Source: Chlorokybus atmophyticus (lineage: Eukaryota; Plantae; Mesostigma and Chlorokybus algae). From it: a stretch of 64,000 bases of DNA. Where the stretch lies: assembly GCA_009103225.1 (NCBI GenBank), contig RHPI01003116.1:173356-237355 (forward strand), in the 5' to 3' direction. A program made the position numbers and the translations under genes. Shown here piece by piece: positions 23,282-35,467 of the stretch. Each line of letters opens with the position of its first letter. Within the stretch, counting starts at the first letter, position 1. The notes beneath the pieces are model-generated. The model saw nothing but the letters and a program-made list of their open reading frames with translations. It was not told where the DNA came from and made no database searches.

Positions 23282-26200
23282 TCAGCTCCAAGTCGTGTGC
23301 AAATTGTCCACCTGGCTGAGTGCCAGTGTCTGTTGGTCGCCGGCGGTGGCGGCGGGGCCGGCGGTGATGGCACCGGGAAGGGCCAGGAGTGGGGAGGCCG
23401 GGTTGGAGGCGTAGAGCTTATGCCACGTGGCGCCGTTGGGGCTGTACTCCGCCGTGACTACTGTCGTCGTTACGCTCAAGCGCAGCCACACCGGGAAGGT
23501 GCTGGCGACTGGGCCTGCAAGGATAATGAGGCTAGGGTTAGGGTTTGTGTGGTGGGACGGACGTGTGCACTTGTGTATGTATGCTTGTTTTGCATAGAGT
23601 CAGTGTTGTATGCGTTTGCTGCTAAGCTGCAACGTTTGTTGCAAGCTGGTTTGGATTGCTATGCTGCTCAATGGAGCTGTCAGCTGCGACCAATCGTGTG
23701 TCACATATTGGAACACTGTTGTGCAAAAGTTTCTGAATGCCTTTGGTATAACCCTGCGACTGGTGCGTGCGTGCGTGCGTGCTGCGTGAAGTGACAGCCA
23801 AGCAGTACTTAAACTGATGTGAGCAGTCAACTGTGGTGAGTGGTATGTGACAGGAAGGGATGACTGTGCACCGTAGTAAAGCATTGACACAAACTGTGCG
23901 CATGCACACGTGCTCACAATGAAGTGTAGGAGAGTGACATGCATGCGCACTCACCGGCAAGGTTGGCGATTCTGGTGCCATAGACGCTGCGCACGTCCAG
24001 CTCAATGCTGCCGTCAGCGTTGGTGAAGAGGAAAGCTGCAGGGGCACGCGAGAGCCCAGGCGAGCCCAGACGCACCATCAGACCCGCTTTGCCCGTGGTG
24101 CCCCGGGAGAGCGACAGCACGCGAGCACTCATGGTTAGGCTGGAGGCGCGGAACTGAGAAGTAGAGCAAACAGGGTGAGATGAAGGGCATGTGGCGTGAC
24201 TTGTGTACATGCTTGTGTGCAGATGTGCACGCCAGTGCGTGCGTGCGTGTGTGCGCAAGCACGTGTGTACGTGTATGTGTGTGTATGTGCTCGCATGCAT
24301 GTTCGCATACTGATTGGTAGACGAAGTTGAACTGGTCGACGGTGCCACGGACGTCAAGCCCGCCTGATGTCATTGTGTATTTGCCGTTCAAGTAGTATGC
24401 GCCACCTGGCAACACGCCCGTGTATGTGTCCGCGCCTATATCAGCTTGCGCAAACCCGCTGGGCAGCGCTCCTAAGCGTAGCAGTGTTGGTATAGTTCCT
24501 GTATCAAAGTGCATGCACACACACGCACATCCTAAACTCAGGCACCAACCTGTGCCAGCAGCTGGCATTGCAATTGTATAGTAGGCTGTGTAAGCCGTTG
24601 AGCTGGCTTTCACCAGTTGCGTGCTCGGGCCAGCATTTGACCAGCCTGATTGAGTTGACCGCAGATAGAATGGTTGCTCAACGCGCCAGTGAATGAATGC
24701 CAGCATAAATACCAGTGTGTGTGACTTACCCGCAAAGTTCATCTTCATGCCGCTCCATGTGGCGGTTGCGGGCGCGACCAAACGTACCATGGATCCATCC
24801 GCTGCTTGTGTGGTCATTGTGCCGGATGAGGTCGTCAACTGTCAAAAAGGACTTGAGTGAGTACTGTTATGACAGGAGCCACTGGTGCAGGTATTGTGAT
24901 GTGTTCGTGCACGCACGCCCGTGCACATGTGTGTGCACCTTTGCCCATGCAATTGTGCGTTACCTTGCTATTGGCGCCCACTCCAGCAATTGCAACTGGC
25001 GCGGTGATCACTTTGAAGGTGAGCATGTGGACCGGAGGTGCGGAGTACCTGGCAACCACTTCGGTGGCGGGTCCCACCGCAGCACCTGAGGTTGTAGAAT
25101 CATGCAGTAAGCCAACCTGCATCTTCATGTACAAGTACATTGGTTGCATCCAGGAACCGAGCTTACGTGTGGGCCATGCGATCGGCTGCGTGTTCCATGT
25201 TGGGATGCCGTCAACCCTTGCAACTGTCGGAAGCGAGAAGCGGAACCACCGTGCCTTCACTGCGTCACCAGCGTTGTCCACCAAAACACTGAAGGTGATT
25301 TCCCACGTGCTTGAAGCCGGCTCAAAGTCAGCCTGAAAAGCAACAGCGGCTCGTCATCAGGATTATGCGCAAGTGCTGGATGTGTGCACATGTGCGTGCA
25401 CGTATGTTGTGTGTGCCCCCACATGCGTTGCACACAATGCACACACACGCGCGCGTACATGCATGTGCTTGCATATGTACGTGCATGTGTACTCAGTTTT
25501 TGCCAACAAGCTACTGCCACACACAAGTGAATACAGCTTGATACCACTGTGTGCTCTCTCTGTACCTGCCAGAAGTCCTTGCCATTGACAGCCTGGTCCA
25601 CAACAGCCCAGTTTATCCCATCATAGCTCATCTCCAGCTTTGGGTCCTTGAAGCCCGTCACACCCGCAAAGGTCATTGCAAGGTGGCTCAGTCCGCCGGT
25701 AACCGAGAATTGGGCTCGGTTAGCACCGTCAACCTGGTTGTGGATGAACAAAGGTCAGTTTATGCCTGCGGTGCAGTCGAGCAAGTATGTGCATCTTTTG
25801 AGTTTGAACCTACCTGAATCATAAGCGGGCGATCGCGCAGCATTTTGCCTGTCGTGATGATAAATGTGGGCGTGTTGAGCGCGACCTCCCGGTACATCAT
25901 GCGCCAGCTGTTCTCCCACTTGAGCAGCGCGGCTTGCATGTTGGCGTTGGGGCCGTAGTAGTCCACTTTGTACTTGGGCAGGATTACCTGCTCGATGATG
26001 CAATCGACGTAGTCGCCGGCCTTGAGAGACGTCACCGAGGACGGCGGGACCACCTCGATAATGGACACGGCCAAGTTGGGTGCGTCTGTGCCGTATGACT
26101 TGATCCCGCGCTCTGCGGCACAACCGACACACAGAGGGTGAGTACACGTACACACGAGCTTGTATGAAATGCACAAGAACTTGTTACAGACCTGCCAAGA

Positions 26201-29200
26201 ATGGGTTGGTAGGATTCCCGTTGAGCACTGCATTCCATTTTGAGATAGAGAACCCGCGCGAGGCGTCGGTAGCGCCCTTGCCCGCAGCGCCAGGGCCCTG
26301 TTGCGTTGGATTGTCACACAATGTGTGGGTCAGGCTCTTTTGCGTCCCACAACAACTATATGGTTTATACTTTGTTGGCTTTGTCGTACCTGAGTGAAAG
26401 ACACCCAATTCTTCCTTCCCTTCATCTCATAAAATGGTGTCCGGTATGCGTCTTTCCCGTTCACTGCGTGTGATGCAACATGTTTGTCCAAGTCATGCAG
26501 TAATGTGTAGCTTGTGTATGTTGCGATTATTATCACTGTCATCATTGCTTGTTGGAATGCCAAGGCACTGCACCTTGGCCAAGTAGGCTGTTCCACTCAA
26601 GGGCAAGTCCAGTCTCATCACCATACACGAAGTGGGTGCTGTATCCGTAACTATAAGCCTCAGCCGACATCTGCAAAATAGAGTGCAACAGTTGAGCTGT
26701 TGTCATCATGTTGGGCATTGTGCACGAGTGTGCGCATGTTTGCATGTGTACAGGCATACGTGGGAGCATACAGGTGGCGAGATGGTCACTCAACCAACCT
26801 GCCAGATGGGGAAGCGAACGAATGTCATGTCGGAGAGCACGTCAATGCGCAGGTGGTAAACGGCCCTTGCAGCGTCATCAGAGCGCGCGATTGAAGCGGT
26901 GTATTGAATCTTCATCATGTTGTCTTGGGACTTGCCCGCATATGTTGTCTGCAGGTAACGGGTTGTCGGTCTTAAGTCACTCTCAAGTGGCTGTTTGTGT
27001 GTGCATGCGTGTGCCCGCAAGTGCATGTGTACATGTATGCACCTCTGCCTGCGTGTGTCTCATACGCTTTTTCAATGTTTGCTTTGACTCACCTCTGTCA
27101 AGAGAGGTCCCTGTCGTTTGCGGTAGGTTTTCATCTCCACGTTGTACACGCGGTCTGTCGAGCCCGTATCGATGGCGTTGAAGTCGCCTCCTCCTACATT
27201 TGTCGTCCAACCAAACTGCTCCCTCTTGGCCTGACGTTGTTCGCACAAGGTCAGTTTCACATCCACGAGCTAACTTGGTGATGCACCTTGAGTGGTCACT
27301 CACCCCGTTGCCAAGCACGTATAGTGGCCGCATGTCGAGGACTGCCGCCCTCACGTTGCGACCCTGATCAGGCTCGTAGCAGAAGGTTTCAGCCCAGGCT
27401 CTGTGCAAGAGGCACCGTGAGTCTACGCACATGCGGTTTTTAATTCTATCCACATGCACGCACACACGCGCGCACTCATACATGCGCACGAGGTGGCCTT
27501 CAGGCATGACGATATATGCCATTGCACTGTGTTGCAGAGTTGTGATATGCGTCGTCATGAACAACACATACGAGATGGCGGCTTGGTCCCACTGAGTGTT
27601 GGGCTGATATGTGAGAGCCAGCTGCACGTGTGAGGCGGCGGGCGCCCCGCCCCAGAAGGCGTTCAGTGTCGTGTACACCATCGACCACGACGCCCCCGCT
27701 GGCACTGCCATCGCCACCATACCCCTGAACCACTTCGGGTTTGAATCCCAGTTCTTGGACACCTGTAAGAACCAGTCAAGTTACAATCAAGTGAGACAAG
27801 TGTGACATGCACGCAGACACAAGCACAGGCACAAGTGAATAGAAAGGCAACCAAGCGCACATGTACTCGCACACCTACATGCGCACGCACGACTACACCC
27901 ACACTCATGCATATCCACACACGTACACATGAACAGTGCACCTATGCACTAACATAGTGAGTACTGGGACCATCATGTTCATACTTGGATGGGGATGCCG
28001 ATGGGGTTGAGTTGGGTGTCGTGCAGGGTGGCGAGAATGCCCGGGATGAGGAAGACAGTGCCAATCTTGGAGAAGGAGAGCCTCGCGATGCGTGTGCTCG
28101 CGCTCGGGTTCGACACGGTCACCGTAACGCGCTCAATGCGGTTCCACCTCTGGTCTCCCAGCGGTTGTTGCCTGTTAAGCAAGGGGAGAACTAACCGTGA
28201 ACTCCTGTTCAATTCACCGTGTGGAGTCAGTGCATTGACCGAGTTATGTCGTTGGCTTACGCGTCGTTGCGCAGAGCAATGTCGTGCCAGCCTTGCTCTT
28301 CAACGTATTGCACGGGAAGGTTGGGGACAACCATCGGCATCGTCTGTAGCGATGGAACCACGCAAGGGTTACTTGAATCGAATGCTAGTCTCAGCGTCCG
28401 CCTTTGTTTGCATTTCAGCTTAGCAGCAGCATACCTGGTCAGCAGCAACCGTAATGGGCGTGCGCAGATTTGTCAAACCGCGCTCGGCATCGTTGAAGTA
28501 CGCCACCAAGGTAACCGTGCGCTTGGTCAACGGGAGCCAACTGGACGCGCATACAACCCAACTTAGTCAACCCATTCCAACCCAATCCAACCCAACAATG
28601 GACACAACATGCAACCCAACATGCAGCACAACACCCACGTGCTGGGGTTGCTGATCGCTTCATTGCCATTGGCAACCGAGGCCCCGGTCGACGCTGCAAT
28701 GGTGAAATCAGAGCCGAGTCCCGCTGCGCTCAGCTTCACATATATGCGAGCGGTGGAGAAGTCCCTAGTTTGCGGGGTCACGGACAACGTGAAGGCCACG
28801 CGGTCCGGCCAGACGGATACCTCAATGGAGGACTTGATCGGAGGTGTGCCGCCTGCGTGCACGTAACACGTGTAAGCGTAAGAGAGAGTTTGTGCATGTG
28901 CCTGTGCGCGCGCGTGCGTGCACAGGCAGCTTGATTGGACCACGTGAAAAGCGGGAGTTGACCAACAAGCATATTCACATGCAAGTTGACACAATGTCTG
29001 TCCCGCAACGTGTACGTGATTCACTCACTTGACCATATGAGTGAGTCGAACAGGCGGCGATTGAACCAGCGCCCGTGTTCGACAAGCTTGGCATTCTGCA
29101 CAAAGCTGCAATAATACAACAGTAAGGTGACTATCAGGATGTCGCACCTGAAAGTAGGCTGCGTGTACCCAAAGTTGATACTTACTTGCCAGACGTGCCG

Positions 29201-30064
29201 GTGGCTGTGTACACCACATTGTTGTAGTTCAACCCAAAAGTAATGGTCGCATCACCGGGCAGCCCGCTCTCAATCATCTCATTGCCAAGGTTCAGTGCGT
29301 AGGCCTCTGCGTGCGGTAGAGACACATGTTAGTCCTCAACCAACACAACAACCCAACATGTGCTTTGCTTCTCAGTCAACTCACCGGACACGCGGCGGGT
29401 GAGCTTCCCGAAGGTGAGCATTTTCAGCGTGTTGTAACTGAGTTCGAAGCCGTAGCGGCTGGTTTGCACCGCCACCATCAAGTTGGTGGGATCACGCAGC
29501 CCGTTCTTCCAGTACATGTAGGAGTAGTCTGCCACTGTCCCCACAGCCGTGTCGGGGATGGTGGAGATTGCCTCTAATGTTGTTGTTGCTGCGTTTGTGC
29601 GCATGCCACTGGTACCCTCTGGCAATAGAGTGTCCGGCTGCGGACTGTTCATCACACGCACACGCAATCAGAGTGTCATTGAATGCAGGTGCGTGGTACT
29701 GCAGCACCGATTGGCTCGCTGCATGCATGGCTTATGCGCTTGTGTGTCATGGTAAATGACAAGCGCATAAGCAACTGTGCGCGGTCAAGTGCAAGTGCCA
29801 TACTCACGGTGAGTGAGTGAGCGTGTGCGTGTGCGTGTGCGCTCAGTGCTAAATGGATGAGTGCACATTCGCAGGTGAAGTGCACTTGTGTGAGATTGGT
29901 GTGTGCACGTACTCGCGGAGGACTTCGGCGGCGCTGAGGTCCATTTTGAAGGCATCGGAGGGCTCGTAGCTGGAGAGATCTTGTTGTTGTGCGCTGGCCG
30001 GGAGTGAGAGGGTGAAAAGAAGCAGGAGGGAGACAACAGCTGCGAGAGCGTGTACGCGCGCCAT
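23282..30064 (-). CDS. Large secreted protein (~24 exons): signal peptide, bacterial-type domain of unknown function, C-terminal ConA-like (DUF1349-type) domain; copy A
   Basis: N-terminus MARVHALAAVVSLLLLFTLSLPASAQQQ. Central motifs GIPIQ|VSKNW, WGGAPAASHVQL, WTTNVGGGDF, QAVNGKDFWQ|ADFEP..WEITF. C-terminus ADIG...GGLDVRGTVDQFNFVYQ...ARV...KAGLMVR...VWLRL...AEYSPNGATW...VDNL. Confidence 0.8.
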
Positions 30065-30123
30065 AGCTATAACACAATATGTGCTCTTGAGAGGAGAGTG
30101 CGATGTTTGAATAGATATATGTA

Positions 30124-30220
30124 TTGAAGGCTTGTAATGGAGCCTTCAGATGAACTGAATGGTACAGAAGAATGTGTTGAAGGCTTGTAATGGAGCCTTC
30201 AGTTGAAAAGAATGGTACAG
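30124..30220. repeat. Two ~53-bp tandem units, each holding the inverted repeat TGAAGGCT-N8-AGCCTTCA, just upstream of the secreted-protein ATG (also at ~44412-44510)
   Basis: Direct inspection of the sequence. Confidence 0.8.
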
Positions 30221-31513
30221 ATGATTGGTTGTGTCGTTGCCAGTCTGCCAACACAACAGGAATGTGTCAGACAGGAAAGACTGAAAACAACAACAGCAAC
30301 AGAACCATCACAACCAGCAACCAACACAGCAGTAGCAGCAGCAGTCATTCTCTCAAGTATGCCAGTACTCAACCAGCCAAGCCTAATTGACAGAACCAAG
30401 AGCAAATTGAACACTCACCTCAGTTGACAGTAGTACAGAGAGCAACGTTAGGCAGCAGCAGAATGCAGCTGCGCCTGCAACAACACCACAACACGTCTAA
30501 CTGCTCTCCAATACGTAATACTAGCGCTGAGCTTTACACCAGCACAGCGAACAGCGGCATGCACTGCCGCCGCCTTATGAGGCCGCCGCCAATGTGGCGC
30601 GGGTGTGCTTGTGTGTGGATGTGTGTGTGACTCCGTCCTTGTGTACTCTTACCTCGGAGTCACAAAGCACACCCGTGCCGTGCCTTTACGATAACCCAAA
30701 ATGACGGCTGTTTATTAATACGCCGTTGACGGGCGGCTATAAGCGAGCACCATACGCTTAATCTCCCGCCGGAAAGTTGAATACCTCCAAAAGTTTTCGA
30801 GGCGGTAGGGCCAATGTTTGGCAACGCTTCGTTCCCATCAATTTTTCCGAGGACTTCCGTCATTGGAAAGGTAGGCTCCGTAGTGTTGAACGATAAGCAC
30901 TGCGGAAACGGTTTCCTGAAAATGGTCGTTGGGTGGATCGACAATTGACAAACTCTCACCCTGTACGGATTACTGTCTCCAGCATGTACAGCAGCGCCAG
31001 ATATGACGGGCACTTGTCTCAGGTGGCTGCCAGCTTGCCATCTGTGGAATCTATCTGCGACAACGAATATTTACACGACGCAGCGCAGTTGCATCTGATG
31101 GCTGACGCGACATCTCAACCTAATTCGGAAGTGGTCAACCAAATCATCTGACACTGTAGCAACAGCAAATTCAACAGCTTGCACACAGAGCAAGCTGGCA
31201 ATGCGCTTGCATGATTGGTACGCTGCTGACAAACACAGCCATTGACGTTGCAGCACCGTTCAATGACTGCCTTGTTAATTGCATGTAAGAGACTGTAAGC
31301 AACTTAATGGCGCCATCGGCTTGTCATTAACAGTCAATTTGGCTATTTGCCTTGTGGCCCAATACCATCACATGACAGGACAGATTTACTGCATTTTAAT
31401 ACAAGGAAAGCGAGCTGTAGTTTTGTTTTTTTGCAATGTATTTTACTGTATATGTTATTGTATCGTATACGTCGTACTTTACCTCGTCAGGTACCCCCCT
31501 CATCCCCCCCCAC

Positions 31514-31734
31514 NNNNNNNNNNNNNNNNNNNNNNNNNNNNNNNNNNNNNNNNNNNNNNNNNNNNNNNNNNNNNNNNNNNNNNNNNNNNNNNNNNNNNNN
31601 NNNNNNNNNNNNNNNNNNNNNNNNNNNNNNNNNNNNNNNNNNNNNNNNNNNNNNNNNNNNNNNNNNNNNNNNNNNNNNNNNNNNNNNNNNNNNNNNNNNN
31701 NNNNNNNNNNNNNNNNNNNNNNNNNNNNNNNNNN
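31514..31734. other. Assembly gap (N run)
   Basis: N run flanked by poly-C tracts. Confidence 0.99.
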
Positions 31735-32270
31735 CCCACCCGTCCGCTATAGTCCAATCCCCTTAAGTTTGAGGGTATGCAGCCAACAGACAACTACCAA
31801 TATAGTGTGCACGACCGCAACGTGATAATGCAAATACATTATAATTTGTTACGAAACAAGATGATATGATGATTGGGATGCAATTATGTAAATTCACATT
31901 AACTTTATGATTGAGCACAATGGTATAAAAATTGATGTTGCAAATGCGCAAGTAAAGATTGTACACTCACAACCACAGAGAGAACCGGGTGGTCCTGCTT
32001 ACACAGCTAGTCTACAAGTGAAACTGTATGCAGGGTAGAGTGTTTGCGCTCCACTGTCTGTCTTGACGCTGCTACCACTCACCACACTAGTGCTTGTGTG
32101 CGCACTATGTGATGACGGTGATAACGAATGCAGGTGTATCCCTAGATACCGACTGCACTATTTGATGCAGAATGCAACACACTCACTTGAGCAAAGAGGG
32201 TGACACTGTGAGTAAACAAGCCACTGCGATATGTAGTGCTGTATATACAGTTCTTTGCATGTGGCAAGAA

Positions 32271-32780
32271 TTGGGATAAATTGTGACAAACCTCACTCAT
32301 GGTAGTGTCTTTACTACTATAGCGTAGTGGTCGGGCCCTAATTGTTACAATGGTAACGGAGCTTGACGTCTCAGGTTTGATTCCCATAGGGGACTGAGGC
32401 AGATCTTAGGCAAAAACAAAACATTTGGGGCGGCTTACCCTAGGCTGGGCGCGGGATTACGACCTGCGCGTCGAGCCAGTTCAACCTAAGGCCGCGTGAG
32501 CGGTCGCGGCGCGATAGCAGGTCGCATGGTGAAAATGGCCGTTCGGTCGGTCAGGACCGTTCGTGGGACTGGATCCAACAGGCCGCGGGCAGACCATTCG
32601 TGCTGCGGGCTGAATGATCGTGCTACGATCGCAAACATGGGCTAGTGCCTCATTAGATTATAAGGAACTCATGGGTTAATTTGGGGAGGAATGCCACGAT
32701 TTGGGATAAATTGTGACAAACGTTACTCATGGTAGTGTCTTTTACTACCATAGCCTAGTGGTCGGGCCTCAATTGTTACA
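32271..32780 (+). mobile_element. Degenerate tRNA-derived/SINE-like element bounded by ~80-bp direct repeats
   Basis: A-box-like TAGCGTAGTGG (32320-32330) and B-box-like GGTTTGATTCC (32374-32384). TTGGGATAAATTGTGACAAAC...AATTGTTACA is repeated at 32271 and 32701. There is no cloverleaf pairing. Confidence 0.4.
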
Positions 32781-33448
32781 GCATGAGTGGATGACGTCTT
32801 ACACTGTTAAGTGAGGTGAATAAACAAGCAACCCAGAGATGCTATGTCCTGACTGATGCAGCAAACACACCATTGCCAAGCTCACAGCAATGACAAGCAC
32901 AGCGCACAATAAAGTAAAGCAGTCCTTGGCAACCGGGACAGTGTGCTTCCAGTTCAAGTCGCTTCACAAGCTCTTAAAGTCAGAGTCTTTACTCTTAGTA
33001 CTCACTCACAGTGTCACTAGCGAGTCTAGTGACATAACTTCGTACTTATACATGTCAAATCACGACTGTGCAGTGCCATGCGGGCACTAGGCCAACGGTC
33101 ACATCGAGGCCGTATGCTACTGCGGAAATCCCCTAAGACTCGATATAGCACACGAGCTGATAACAGATTCCCAACTGATCAGCGACGCGCAGTTCCTATA
33201 GAGAAGTCTATAGAGTAGCCCTACTTACATGCTACATGAAGTACGAAGTAGCTAGCAGTAGGCTGGGGCGCGCGCGGTCTTCATGCTGGTAGCCCGGGCT
33301 TGTGGCTGGATGTAGGCATGCTCGAGGAGGACTGGCATACGAGGGTATTTGGCATGACAATATCGTCGCCGTTGGTACAATAACCTGTTAATTCAGTCAA
33401 CGTGACGCGCGCGTGACCAGTCACGTTCTCACGTGACTTTTCATTTTT

Positions 33449-34884
33449 CGGGGACCCTCCAACGCGCTATATTAATGCCTCCCATAGAAGACCTCGTACG
33501 CACAATTAGGCCCTATACCAATCGGTGTCCGTTTTTGAAGGGCCTTCGGCGGCCATGTCACCCTCTGTCGACGGTATTAATATTGTGACAGCTACAGTTG
33601 CCGTTACCGCTACCGTCATCATCTAACTGCAAACGCGTGACTTGCAGTAACCATCACTTCTGGTTCAGGGCAAAAAATGAAATAGAGCAAATCATTTATT
33701 TTCTCTTCTACTGCGATAACTAACCATTGAATGAAAGGCGCACTCATCGACGTTTCCCATTAACTAGGAAACGTCGATGAGGGCGCCCTACACTTAGTTT
33801 ATGAGCAAGACAAAGCTGGCAAAATCATGGTGTGCATGGCGAGAGTAAGCTATCGAGTTGGTGGGTTGTCTCCCCACTGGCCGCACAGCTGTGCTATGGC
33901 GAGCTGCTGCACAGGAACCTCAGATCGCGACCCGAGACCTCACTGCAAGTCCTGCCCTCCAAGTATACGGGATGGCACTTTCTGCCTCATCGCCCGGGGA
34001 TTTTTGCTCGGTCATCGAGATGACCGTGTGCACCTTTCACCATGCGGAAAGCGCGCAGGCTGTGTTGGCCAGCAATAGGTAGCCTAGGTAGGATCGGATA
34101 GGTAGCCTAGCCGACCTCACGTAGGATAGCACAACATGAGTACGTAGCTGTGTGCTTCTCGGGGACCCTCCAACGCGCTATATTAATGCCTCCCATGGAA
34201 AACCTCGTAATCATAATTAGGCCCTATACCAATCGGTGTCCGTTTTGAACGGCCTTCGGCGGCCATGTCACCCTCTGTCAACGGTATTAATATTGTTATA
34301 AATATAGTTGCCGTCACTGCTACCGTCATCATCTAACTGCAAACGCGTGACTTGCAGTAACCATCACTTCTGGTTCAGGGCAAAAAATGAAAGAGCAAAT
34401 CGTTTATTTTCTCTACTACTGCGATAAGTAACCATTGAATGAAAGGCACACTCATCGACATTTCCCGTTTACTAGGAAATGTCGATGAGGGCGCCCTACA
34501 CTTAGTTTATGAGCAAGACAAAGCTGGCAATATCATGGTGTGCATGGCGAGAGTAAGCTATCGAGTTGGTGGGTTGTCTCCCCACTGGCCGCACATCTGT
34601 GCTATGCCGAGCTGCTGCACGGGAACCTCAAATCACGCGACCCGAGACCTCACTGCAAGTCCTGCCCTCCAAGTATACGGGATGGCACTTTCTGCCTCAT
34701 CGCCCGGGGATTTTTGCTCGGTCATCGAGATAACCGTGTGCACCTTTCACCATGCGGCAAAGCGCGCAGGCTGTGTTGGCCAGCAGCAGGTAGCCTAGGT
34801 AGCCTATATATATATACGGATCGGATAGGTAGCCTAGCCGACCATATCGTAGTATAGCACAACATGAGTACGTAGCTGTTGTGC
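33449..34884. repeat. ~711-bp tandem repeat x2 (probable TE-derived or LTR-like unit); partial third copy at 20501-20715
   Basis: Units start CGGGGACCCTCCAACGCGCTATATTAATGCC at 33449 and 34160. The segment TGGTGTGCATGGCGAGAGTAAG...TTTCACCATGC recurs at ~20501, ~33828 and ~34537. Confidence 0.85.
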
Positions 34885-35467
34885 TATACTATGATATAGA
34901 GCATGCGATAAGTCACAATATATATCGTGCGAATATACGATATATACGATGTAAGCCGCCAATAAGCGCATCTGACGGCTGTCGCCGTCAAAAACTCAAC
35001 TGATACAACACCTGAGGTGAGACGGTGTCTCTGGCCCATGCGGCATGACAGGCCCTGAGGTCGTTGAGGCAGTCGCAGACGCGGGTTTTCACCTCAGGTC
35101 GGCCAGCCTGTCTCTCCTCTCACGCTCTGAGCATGCACGCAAGCAGTGGCAGTGCAAAGCAGCGGAAGGCAGGCACAAGGCTGCCATAGCATGCTTGCCC
35201 TGCCGTTGCCGTTGCTGAAAAGAGGCTGTTGCTTCTTGCGCCTCAAGTCAGATTGCAAGCCGTCACTGCAGCCGAGAGTCTTCAGCTTGCGTTGAAAGTT
35301 GAAAGCAAGCTGGCTTCAGGGCTGCCATGCCTGGAGCAGGGTGGAGCAGGAGGCGCAAGGGAAGGAGCAGCAGAAACGAGCAGGAGCTGGAGCAACAGCA
35401 GAAGAGCGGTAAGGCTGCGTACAAGGCTTGCTTACTTCAATCTGCTTGCTTAGTTGGCTGCTTGATT

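Larger units (their letters stand above)
20501..31975. repeat. Segmental duplication copy A
   Basis: Collinear with 34536-47055 at an offset of ~14.18-14.25 kb over the genic part (e.g. ORF 26983 vs 41233, 23264 vs 37507). Homology continues across the N gap to ...TCACAACCAC. Confidence 0.9.

Noticed and set aside
23530-23548. Interstitial telomere (TAGGGTTAGGGTTT; similar at ~60849)
   Set aside because: Only about two units inside introns, too short to indicate a fusion site.
30124-30220. CRISPR-like palindromic repeats
   Set aside because: Only two units, the intervening sequences resemble each other rather than being unique spacers, there are no cas genes and the context is eukaryotic.
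32313-32395. Functional tRNA
   Set aside because: The boxes are present, but the acceptor and T stems do not pair.
33827-34857. Cys-rich ORFs in the 711-bp repeat as a SWIM/zinc-finger transposase
   Set aside because: The frame shifts between the three copies and no DDE, RT or YR motif is visible, so the element class cannot be assigned.
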